A stretch of DNA of 64,000 nt from contig NIVC01000100.1 of NCBI GenBank assembly GCA_002269645.1, positions 1 to 64,000 of the forward strand, read 5' to 3'. The DNA is from Macrostomum lignano. Its lineage: Eukaryota. Shown one piece after another: positions 51,630 through 64,000 of the stretch (its first letter is position 1; the number at the start of each line of letters is the position of its first letter). The translations under genes were made by a program, and so were the position numbers. The notes beneath the pieces are model-generated. The model made no database searches, was not told the DNA's origin, and saw only the letters and a program-made list of their open reading frames with translations.

Positions 51630-51918
51630 GAAAACTGTGGCTGGCAAACCTCGGCAAGCAAAATTTCAGCAAGCAAATTTCCTGCAAGCAAAGTTCGGCA
51701 AGCAAAGTTTCTGCAAGCAAACTTCGGCAAGCTTATGTGCAGCAAGCAAATTTCTTGCAAGCAAAGTTCGGCAAGCAAAGCTCGGCAAGCAAACTTCGGC
51801 AGGCAAAATTCCGCAAGCAAAGTTCGGCAAGCAGACTTCGGCAAGCAAATTTCCGCAAGCAAAAGTCCCGCAAGTAAACTTCGGCAAGCAAACTTCTCGC
51901 AAGCAATTTCATAGACCC
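51630..51918. mobile_element. Right-end fragment of the 1152-1965 MITE family
   Basis: AAAACTGTGGCTGGCAAA...(CGGCAAGCAAA)n...GCAAGCAATTTCATAGACCC matches 1655-1965. Confidence 0.85.
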
Positions 51919-51939
51919 GCTCCTGACCGCTCTTCCTAC

Positions 51940-52790
51940 CAACGACGACGGCTTACTGTTGCGGCGACGCGTGGGTCGACGTCAACCGGAGAGACGGCTA
52001 AGCGTACTTGGCTACGCCGACTATCTCGTCCTGCTGTCCTCAACTGTCGATAGCGCCCAGCGACAACTGGGAAAGCTAGTTGCTGTGGCGGCGAGTGCTG
52101 TTGCGGCGAGTTGCGGCGGTCAACACGCGGAAGACCGTCGTGCTCTGCGTGCCGGATGACATCGAGGCTGCGATTTAGTGACGAGGCGCTGATGGACAGG
52201 CGACAGAGCTTCAGCGTTGTCAGCAGTTCGTCTACCTCGGCGGTCTGGTTCCCGGTGTCCGCGAGGATTTGCGGCGTCGCTGAGGGGTTGTTTCGGCTGC
52301 CTTTCGTTCTGTGAGGGCAGTCCTGCAGTCCGAGGCCTTACCTGACCACCAGAGGGCGGCGTTGTTCCAGGCGGTGATCAATACCGTCCTGCTGTACAAA
52401 CCGAGACCTGGACGCTGACGGAGTCGCTCGAGCAACAAGTTGACGCGGCGCACGCTGGCCTGCTGCGCGCCGCCTTCAAGCGAGTGACTAACGCGGCTTT
52501 GTATCACCGCGCCGGCCTGGTCCGTCCAAGCGACCTGCTGCGCCGTCGGCGACTCCAGCTGGCAGGCCACATCATCCGCGCCGAGTCGCACTGCCCACAC
52601 CGGTGCAAGGAGGTGCGGCTGCTAACACTGCAGGCACACTACTGGCGGGGGCAGAGCCGCACTCAGTTTTTCGTCGACTGCCTGCTGGCTGACGCCGACG
52701 CCCCGGATTCGGCCGGCGGCGTGGCGTTCGTTCGCGACATGGCCTTGAAGCGCGCCTTGTGACGCTAACTGCGTATTTTGTTGGTGTTGT
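51940..52790 (+). mobile_element. Degenerate RTE-like LINE 3' fragment
   Basis: LSVLGYADYLVLLSSTVDSAQRQL (RT YADD region) and LLRRRRLQLAGHIIRAE...RGQSRTQFFVDCLLAD, the RTE-type C-terminus; many frameshifts. Confidence 0.7.
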
Positions 52791-53699
52791 TCTCTCTCTT
52801 CGCTCTCCTCTCTCCCCTTTTCTCTTCCCTCTTCTCTCCACTCTCCTCTCCTCTCTCCTATCTCGCCTCTTCTCTCATCTACCCTTTTCTGGCTCTCTAT
52901 GTGCAAACATTTGTACTTAGATCACGGTAATTTCAAAGGGGAACATGGTTATGACGAATAATAGCGTTGCAAATTCTATGAAAAGCATAAAAGACTCTCA
53001 GATTTATATTCTATATATTCGTGAAATAATACATATACAACGTGTACCACTTCAAGGTCGTTATTACTTGCTTTCGCTAATAAAAACCTTTCGTAGTCGG
53101 CGAAGGCCGCGGTTCTGAATCAGTTTCTTATACCGCAGCTTCTTGCTTCTCCAGGGCGGCTCGCCGCGATTGAAGGCGGTTTCGGCGGCGGCACATCTGC
53201 TGAGGAGATATTTGAGCAAGTTGGGCTGCTGAGTTAATTCAATTGGACGAATTCAACTGTTGGGTCTTCCTTTCAGCGTCCTCCAGAATCTCCAGGCAGC
53301 GTTATGACGGACACTCCGACTTCAAAAAACTGAAGTTGATGCGAGTGTATAGTATTAAGCTATCAATTGACAAATTCTCGTAAAAAATAATCTCAATCAT
53401 TTCAAGTACAGCTGACCTATTCAAGGCGCTGCACCTACTCGTAAATGTGGTCATAAAAAGATCTATTTAACACTTCGAAGATCCAGGACTTCGGCAGGGG
53501 AATTATAGTTCCGAGAGTAGTGCTTTTATAGTTCTCAGTATCCGCTGAAAACTAGCCACCTAATTCCTTTCTAAAAGTAGTCCTCATTTTTGTGATTACG
53601 TTGTATATGCGCATACGATAAGCAAACTTCATCAAGGAACAGTTTGCGCTCCAAAAAAATGATGCGCTCACCGAGAAAGTCCTCCCAGATAGGAGAACA

Positions 53700-54900
53700 G
53701 ATTTCGCAGCGGGTAGGCGAATGACTCGGTGAAGAGGCTGGTTTCGACAGATTCGGGGCAGAGGTCCAGCGCCGCTTTCGCATAGTTTTGCAGAATTACC
53801 TTAGCCTGTATAGGGCGTCTTGCGGCCACGAATTTGTGGTTGTGTGACCCCATACTTGATTGCTGCAACGGCGCTGGCAACCGTTTTCTGACCCAACCCT
53901 GTGTCTTCTGGCGTGTCAGCACTCGATGGTAACACTGAAGCAGCTCCCTGGTGCCATTAAATGAGGCCCAATTTTCGAGAATGTAGTCTATTGGAGGATG
54001 AATATAAAGGATGAATTCCTCCACGATTGTGTACTCAACCAGGCCGTACTTGTTAGTTCGGCCATACCAAATGTTCATTGACATTAGCAATATCTGAAAA
54101 GAATTCGAATGAATTGCCACCCGTGCTATCGATGAGTTACAGAAAAGCAGATGAAGATTTATGTTGCATATTCTAGTACTGATGCGGCTTAGTTGTTCTG
54201 TTAGCCTATGGGCATGGCACACATCTGTGTCGTTAAATAAGTCGGTCGGTAATGGCAGACACCCGCAGGTGCGCTTGAACGATCTTGCTGTACTGTATGA
54301 CTTGAATCAAACAATCCTGATTTGAGCCGAAGAATTGTTCCGGTTCTTAAAGTTACCGGGCCACGAGAAGTCCATCGTGCAGGTGACATCCGGCAGGTTG
54401 TCACTGCATGGTGCGGATTCGCGGTTCACCAGCTTTGCTACGGTTTCAGTGGTCACCCTGGCTGAGGATGTGGCCGTGCGGAGCCAGGAAGCCGGAGGTG
54501 ATGTCTGGCCTGTAGCAGCTGTTTTGGTACCGAAGTGGAGCAGGAAAGTGCAAAGGTAGCGACTGGTTTTCCAGTGTTTGGTTGCCTAAATGCAGTTTCA
54601 ATTAGGGAGGTCTGAGCGGTTCATTGTTGACCATGGGATGCGAGAACGCCAGTACATGCACTACAGAACTTGCTGGACCGCGGTTGGACCTAGTGTCTGC
54701 GAATGCGCAATTCCTCAAACCACGGCCCAACCGCCTCGTCACCTTTGTGGGTTTGTAATGGAAGGCGGCGAAATGTACCATGGGCGCCTTGGCCGGTATA
54801 CAAGTTGACCCCGGCAGGCAGGACGGCGGTTCCAACAGACCCGAGGGTGAAGTCCCTGAAAAAGCGGCAAAGCAGTTCAAAGGGATGCTAGAAATTAAGC
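53700..54900 (-). pseudogene. GC-rich decayed coding-like segment with weak protein-kinase-like motifs
   Basis: Scattered across frames: GQGAHGT (about 54793-54773), GD..LKP (about 54460-54440), MDFSW (about 54375-54361). The order is kinase-like but there are multiple stops and shifts. Confidence 0.2.
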
Positions 54901-55392
54901 TTCCGAGGATTTTTTAGCGGCAAAACCCCCCAGTGTATATGGGACAACGGCTCAAAATCTTCCTTTAAAGGTCGTTTCCATAGCAAGGTCGTTTTTTGAT
55001 TTAGTCACCATCGGTCCGACCTAATGTTTTATGATGTGGGCCTACTGTGACAGTGTCGTTTGTTAAAGGCATGTATCATATCGTATTCATTATTTCGCAC
55101 GCATACCGTACTACTTGTAATCATTAATTCATTTTTAACAATATTCTATACGTATTAATTTTGCGCTTATGTTATTTTTGTATTTGTATTTATCTATAGT
55201 ATAGCGTTCTTTCTTCTTAATCTTCTATATTTCTTCTTCTATTAACTATCTATAGTATCTGTAGTTATTTGTAGCCTCGCATGTATTTATTATATTATTT
55301 TTGTATTTCCTGCATATCGTGTTTACTTCCCGTGGAGTAGTTCCTATTTATGTACATGCATTTACATGCAGTAATTCTAGCACGATATGTTA

Positions 55393-57159
<1,767 letters not shown>

Positions 57160-60100
57160 TCGATTATAATTTGTACATTGCGCTTGCATATGGGGGTTTG
57201 TCTCTGATTATCTAGGCTTGTTTATCAATTTTTATCATATTTACATGCTTATTATAGATATACGCTTGCAGTCAACGGCCGCAATTTCTTACTTCTCTGC
57301 TCGCGGCCTCTTAGACATCTCATGCTGGCTTTCCTCGCCCTCACAATTAAATAATTAAGTTTACCATTCCGTCGCTTGGCTTGGCCCACCAATAGACAGG
57401 GTCCCAACCGCGGCCTTCGCAAGGCGCAACCAGAGCCCATTGCATTAAAGTGCATCTCATCAAATTACATTACGCTAGTGTGAAATCGCGGCTGCTGATC
57501 TGGATCGTTGACTCTCTATCAAATTAAATTACAATGTAAATTATCTGCTACGCAAAGTCTTCCGCCTTACTCGTCACACTAATCTTGCATAAATATGCGT
57601 CGCAAAATTATGAAATTATTGATAATTACTTACTTTTGTCACGTCAGTCCTTAATCGGTGTTCTGAGGTGGTAGGGGCAATAGCAAATGGCCGCCGCCAG
57701 CGGAGGAGTTCCTTACCAACGGAAATAGTTAAAAAAGGCAAAAAAGTATGTTACTTTTAAAATAAAAAATAGTTAATTTTATACTACTTACTTTTTAAAA
57801 TTGAAGTTAACTTGGTTCCTGGTCTTTTACGATGTAAAAAATCAACCATTATAAGTCTTTTTGTTCTTTAAAAAAGGAACATTTTTCAAACTTCAACCTT
57901 TCCAAGAAACAAATAACAACGCCCTCAACGCCGACTAACAAAAAAACGCATGACGCGTGGCCATGCCTAAATTTTTAAGATACTAATTTTTAGATAATGT
58001 GTTAGTATTGACATTTTGTTACTGTTTATTAATAATTCTCACTGAGCACTGAGCTCTTGCCGATTGTGAGTTACCACAGAAGGAAGAGCTTAGTCTTGGT
58101 AGATAAAATAGGCCTACTTTTTTGTTACTATTCTATCTTTCACTTGCATAAAAAGTTATGTGAAAACTCAGCATTGCATTGCAAAGCTATGATAGAAATT
58201 TTGGAAAGTTTTGGGATTAACCTCAATTGTAGCATAGGCCTAGTCTATAAGTGATAGCAGGCCTAGCTAGCTACTATGTCCATAGCACACTGATCTATAC
58301 TAAGGATGCCTTAGCCCTTAAGATGCTTCACCAGTCTTCTTACCAAGAGCATTTCAAAGATTTAGGGTGTATTTAGGTGAATACACTTCTCTAATAAGCT
58401 CTCAGTTGAGCACACACCCAAGTGCTGCTCTTGCCACAGATCTAAAAACATATGCCCAATACCCATTTGACCCATCCAAACCAGATGGGTAAAATGGCCA
58501 TTGGCCAAGGTAAGTTGCAAAATCAAAAATGCAAAAAATGGTAAATTGGGAGAAGAAGAGAAAAGGAAAAAATGAGAGAGAAAAAAGAGAGGGTAAAGAA
58601 GAGAAAGAGAAAAAAAGGCAAGAAAAATCATTTACAAAGTTGAAATTAAATAGCAATTGGGGGAACTAAGTTGCAATCAGGAGGAACTAAATTGCAATCG
58701 GGAGGAACTAAGTTGCAATTGGGAGGAGCTAGGTCGCAAATCTGGACAAAACTAAGTTGCACTGGATGTGCGAAATTTTGAGGTTAGGCATGTATGTCTA
58801 AAAATATGCAGCTGTGCTTTCGCTATGCTTTGTGCTAAAATTTTTGCAACTGTCCCTGTGCCATCAGCTGAGCATCAACAGTGATGAGTCACCTTTTCTC
58901 GTGCAATAGTCGGATGAGAATGTTATAATTGAATTGACATGACTCAATTGATTTTCTCTTTAGAGTTTGTTGAGAGAAAGTGAAAATGGCCTTCTGGGTC
59001 GCTGGCTAGTTTGACTTTATTTATTTAGATAAAGCAAAGAGAAATTGATGTGTGGGGGGTGGGGGCACGAAGTGTATGAGCAGATATACATTGCACAATA
59101 GGGGGAGTGGGGTAAAAGGAGAATCAGCTTTTTCTTAATATAAAGAAAACCATTTGGGCTAAATAAATATAAACTTTTTTATTAGATAAAACTGCCACCA
59201 CATTTCAACAGCTAGAAGAAATGCTAGGGCCATGAGCTTTCTGCAGAAGGCCTGAATTTATAGATTTATATGCAAGTTAATTAGTTAGCTAAATTCCCCC
59301 TCTATAAGTTTGAGATTTAGTTTAGAAAATTGAACTCCAAGTATATTTGTGGCTAGGACATTAGAGCTTGATCACTCAGGAATACACCGTGCCTAGATAT
59401 TCATTGATTTCCCTGAAATCAATATGGCACATACATGCACAACAGTTGGCCGAGTCGGCAATGATTTGGCAGCCAACCAAGGTAAGTCGCAAAAATTGCC
59501 ACCCCAAAAATACAGATATAGTACTAATTAGATGACGAGGCATTTAGCCCTTATAAGACAGTCATAGTTACTCCTGCCATTTACCCAAAATTGCATTAAT
59601 TTGCTTTAGGGTTTTTTTCACAGGTAAGTCGCATTTTTGGCCAAAAACTACGTCACATTTTTTGTTCAAACTAAGTCGCACGGCCAATCGAATTTTGGAG
59701 TTTGCGCATGTATGATATGGCATATGTATAATATAGACATGTATATAATAGCTAATGTCAATCTTATCATGTTTAATTACATGCAACATTAGAAACTTAT
59801 ACTTGATACAATGAGTTACACCTGGTTTGTAGGACAATATAGATATACATTAGGCCTTGAAGAAAAGATCAATTAGCCATGAAGATTGTTTTGACTTTCA
59901 ACCATTTCAGAATTTGCAGACAAATGCATAGCACATACACCCATGCTTTTCATTACTTTCTGAAATAGGTTAAGATAAACACATTTTTAGCAATTTTGAA
60001 AAGTATCTCAACTACTAATATCAAGGTTTTTCTTATTTTCTGGCAGCCTTGGAAATCTATAAACTGTGGTCACTTAACTATCTATAGCATAGTTACTCTT

Positions 60101-61048
60101 ATAGTTCAACACATTTCTATAGTGATTTGGCAATCTATTATAAGTATTAGTTAACTTAAAAAGGATAGTAGGATAACTACCAGGACAACAAACTGCTGCC
60201 ATTGGATTTTATCTTTTTTTATATTAACATAATAGATATTTTTAATCTGAATTGATAATGAACATTGCATTATAATAATTGTTATAGCAAAATATAAATA
60301 TTCTAGAAATTAAAGTGTTTTAAAAGTAACAGAATGTTAAAATGAATAAATGAACCTTTTGATTGGAAAGTTATATCCTCAATTAAATTTAGACAGTATA
60401 CTATATAATGAAATAGAGTAGCAATTAACAACATATGGGTAACTTCATATTAATTTCTCGACAAATGATTAATTAAGCACTAATGTAATAAGTGAGTATT
60501 ATTTTCATATAGTCACATTATGTTGTTATTATATAACAAAACAACAACAGGTTGTTATTATATGATAGGATTAGTAGCCTGGATTAGGATTAGTAGACCT
60601 GTCTAAAGAATTAATTGACCTCCAATCCAATATTATTCTTCATACTTGTATCGTTTTTGACACAAAAGTTATAAAACAAAAAATTCAGCTAGACATAATG
60701 CTACTTTGAGTTTTTACAACTTTGGGCTATTTTATTGAAATAAAAAACTATATAAAATGGAGATTTCACTATGCATATATATAAACTACTATAGAGAGAC
60801 ACGCTGTGCATGCTAAATTAAAAGAATGCTAATCTTCACTGCCTTAGATCAAATGCAATCATTGTTTTTGGTACATTCTTACAGGAAATTGGCCTCCAAA
60901 AATACACAATCTTTGAGTGTAGCATCCTGATACACTGCTAGTGGTCCTCAATAGAATTTTAATTAAAAGATGACAATAACTAGCAGTTTAATTTTATTCT
61001 TGGCCAATTTGTTGACTTTAAAATTAATTCTTCAGTTTAAACAAAGTG

Positions 61049-62988
61049 ATGAGCAGCCGAGCCAGCAAGCGGCAGTCAGTTGTGCAGGCAGATCAGCCTG
61101 AACTGGATCGTCAAGTTGCCGCGCTGCAGCACTTGGACACTTGCTGCAAAGAGATCTGCTCCGGCTGCAAAACTGCTTGTCAATCGTTGAAGAAATGTGC
61201 CCCAGCCGAGTGGGAGCTGGTCATGGGCCTGATGCAGCATTCTGATCAGTTTCCGGAACTGCAAGCCTGCTTGGACCAATGGCAGGGCTTGGTTCGGGCT
61301 AAAGAGTTGGCTTATGACCAACTGGCCAACCATATCACTAGATTTGTGGCTAAGCCCATGGCTCAACTGCAGAGAATTCAACCGTGCGTTGCTCGACAGG
61401 TCAGCTAAGATAATTCATTAATTCTTCAATTGTGGGATATTTTTGCTTTGGAATTTTTCAGTGGATTTGTTGATGTTGAGATCTGTGAATGTTTGGATTT
61501 TTAATAATAGGATCAGTGAATGTTTGATTTTTCATAGGATCTGTGAATTTTGGGATTTTCAATGGGATTTGTGAATGTTGGGATTTTTAATGGGATCTGT
61601 GAACGATGGGATTTTTAATGGGATCTGTGAATGTTGGGATTTTTAATGGGATCTGTGAATGTTGGGATTTTTAATGGGATCTGTGAATGTTGGGATTTTT
61701 AATGGGATCTGTGAATGTTGGGATTTTTAATGGGATCTGTGAATGTTGGGATTTTTAATAAGATCTGTGAATGTTGTTATTTTTAATGAGATCTGTGAAT
61801 GTTGGGATTTTTAATAATGGGATCAGTGAATGTTTGATTTTTCATAGGATCTGTGAATTTTGGGATTTTCAATGAGATTTGTGAATGTTGGGATTTTTAA
61901 TGGGATATGTGAATGATAAGATTTTTAATGGGATATATTAATTTTTTTAATGGGATCTGTCTCTGTGAATTCTGGGATTTTAAATAGGATCTGTGAATGT
62001 GGGTATTAAAAAAGAATATAATTCAACGAACCCGACTCAGGTAAAGCGACGGGAGCGGAAGCAGAGCGAGGAGGCCAGCCTGGAGAGCAACCTGGCTAAG
62101 GAGGAGGCCAAGAGCGGCACTGCCGGCAGTCGAACCGGGAAACGCTTAGCGACTCTGGCTTATCTGCGCCGGGATTTGGAATCCACAAAATCTCAGCTGG
62201 CTCAGCTTAATGAGGCATTGCTTACCGATCTGCAAGCTTTGCAGGTAAACGCGTCTGACTCATCCTTACTCACCCCTGGTTCGAATCCGTGCGCGGCAAT
62301 AATTAAGGCTTGTGCACAGAGATACAAGTGTCAGATGTGATTGTCAGACAAGTGTCAGATATGATTGTCAGACAAGTGTCAGATGTGATTGTCAGACAAG
62401 TGTCAGACAAGAGAAACTAGTGTAGTGTCAAAGATGATTGTCAGACAAGTGTCAAGAGAAACTAGTGTCAAAGATGATTGTCAGACAAGTGTCAGATGTG
62501 ATTGTCAGACAAGTGTCAGACAAGAGAAACTAGTGTCAAAGATGATTGTCAGACAAGTGTCAAGAGAAACTAGTGTCAGATGTGATTGTCAGACAAGTGT
62601 CAAGAGAAACTAGTGTCAGAGATGATTGTCAGACAAGTGTCAAGAGAAACAAGTGCCAGAGATGATTGTCAGACAAGTGTCAAGAGAAACTAGTGTCAGA
62701 GATGATTGTCAGACACGTGTCAAGAGAAACTAGTGCCAGAGATTGCCAAATGCAATCCACCCGCAGGCCGCTCGTCCCGACTACGCGAGGCCCTGCGTCA
62801 GAGCCCTGGCCCAGGCGGAGGCTCAGCACTTCGACCAGCTGGCTCAGCTGTGCGCTCGCGTCAGCGACTGTTTCGCTGCCGAAGAAGATTTTATTTGTTT
62901 AACCGCCGACTCTTACGCTGAGATGACCAAGGATCGATTGAAACAGATTCGGGCGCTAAGTATTGTGGCCGATACAACCGATTCTTAG
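61049..62988 (+). CDS. BIN3: Bridging integrator 3 (N-BAR domain protein), about 258 aa
   Basis: Exons 61049-61399, 62041-62244, 62767-62988, all phase 0, GT-AG; VKRRE, LLTDL...RPDY..P and C-terminal IRALSIVAD match the BIN3 pattern (...LRALSIVADD). Confidence 0.85.
61480..62000. repeat. 28-bp minisatellite (GGGATCTGTGAATGTTGGGATTTTTAAT)n in BIN3 intron 1
   Basis: Read directly. Confidence 0.93.
62325..62745. repeat. Composite minisatellite (GATTGTCAGACAAGTGTCAAGAGAAACTAGTGTCAGA-like) in BIN3 intron 2
   Basis: Read directly. Confidence 0.9.
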
Positions 62989-63149
62989 GCCTTTGTTTAG
63001 CCTTTTTCAATCAGAAAAAACGACTCCTTTGTCTTGAGTGAGATTTTCTTTCATTATTGAAAGGCAGTGATTTGTCTGTAATTTGTCACTGAGTCTTTGA
63101 TACTTAATGTCCCGAGTAATTAAATCTGAGTTGTTTGTACTTTAATCCC

Positions 63150-63400
63150 AGAGTTGTAGATGCTTTAATCCCAGAGCAGTTTGTACTTTAATCCCAGAGC
63201 AGTTTGTACTTTAATCCCAGAGTTGTAGATGCTTTAATCCCAAAGCAGTTTGTACTTTAATCCTAGAGTTGTAGATGCTTTAATCCCAGAGCAGTTTGTA
63301 CTTTAATCCCAGAGTTGTGGATAATTTAATCCCAGAGTTGTGGATAATTTAATCCCAGAGTTGTGGATAATTTAATCCCAGAGTTGTGGATAATTTAATC
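63150..63400. repeat. 23-bp minisatellite (TTTAATCCCAGAGTTGTAGATGC)n
   Basis: Read directly. Confidence 0.9.
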
Positions 63401-64000
63401 CGCGGTATTTAGTTGTTTGTACTTTAATACCATTGTTGGCACCTGGGATTAAATTATCGATATGTTAGAGTTGTGGATGCCTAAATGCTTTAATGAACTA
63501 TTAGGCGATTTTAAAAATTGATTGATTGAACATCATTATACTCGTGCGTTTGTATCTCAAAATAAATATATTTAAAATTTTATTCAATATGAATGAGACT
63601 ATGGTATGAATAAGCAGTTGTACAGTTTTTTATTTAAGTTAACGAATTTTTGTAATTTTTGACAAAATTTCAGTTTTTGCTACTACGAGTAAATTTGTTT
63701 CACTATTGCTAACAACGTGATCTACATGTATGTATTTTTTTTGTTATATTCCGTCAGTATCTATCTACCCAGATAACACATGTGTCTTTATACTCCAAGT
63801 AAACAGATTTTATACAATATATTAGTTTGATTTTATTTGCTAGTTTTAAAGAATAATATAAAAAACTTTCTATTGTTGATTTTGCTCAAAGTTGACTAAA
63901 ACAAAGCCGAAAAGTTAAAACGGTTTTAATTTAAAAAAAATATTCGATATCTTCGTTCGTTAACGATCGAAAGTTTAAGTTAATGGTGGATTTTGCAAGC

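Noticed and set aside
57640-61000. AT-rich stretch upstream of BIN3 with short ORFs
   Set aside because: No coding bias, repeat structure or recognisable element; treated as ordinary intergenic DNA.

Overview
Eukaryotic (animal) genomic DNA: short GC-rich exons, GT-AG introns, and a very high load of micro- and minisatellites. The style suggests a free-living flatworm such as Macrostomum; this is inference and was not verified. Most long ORFs in the supplied track are artefacts of tandem repeats. Spliced genes reconstructed by hand: the 3' part of a catalytically dead neprilysin/M13-like gene (1-4066), a secreted PAN/apple + ALK/LTK-type glycine-rich protein (4990-6984), a short PDLIM/Zasp-type PDZ protein (minus, 7756-9926), a 77-aa secreted inhibitor-cystine-knot peptide (minus, 12525-12837), two convergent paralogous LRR-transmembrane receptor genes (18536-20780 and 32338-35007) separated by about 11.5 kb of satellite, a secreted 180-aa protein with two copies of an unrecognised 6-Cys module (36883-38277), a frameshifted 7TM GPCR-like ORF (48093-49274) and BIN3 (61049-62988). 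Mobile elements: a three-layer nest (Tc1/IS630-like element containing a mariner containing a near-full-length Ingi-like LINE), a MITE with an 8-bp TSD, a tRNA-derived SINE, Loa-like and RTE-like LINE fragments and a probable non-autonomous Helitron. The most striking signal is at the Ingi-like LINE 5' end: a compact HDV-like ribozyme fold exactly at the insertion boundary, followed in frame by a ubiquitin-C-terminus-like motif (LLSVMRLRGG) where characterised Ingi/L1Tc elements carry a 2A peptide.
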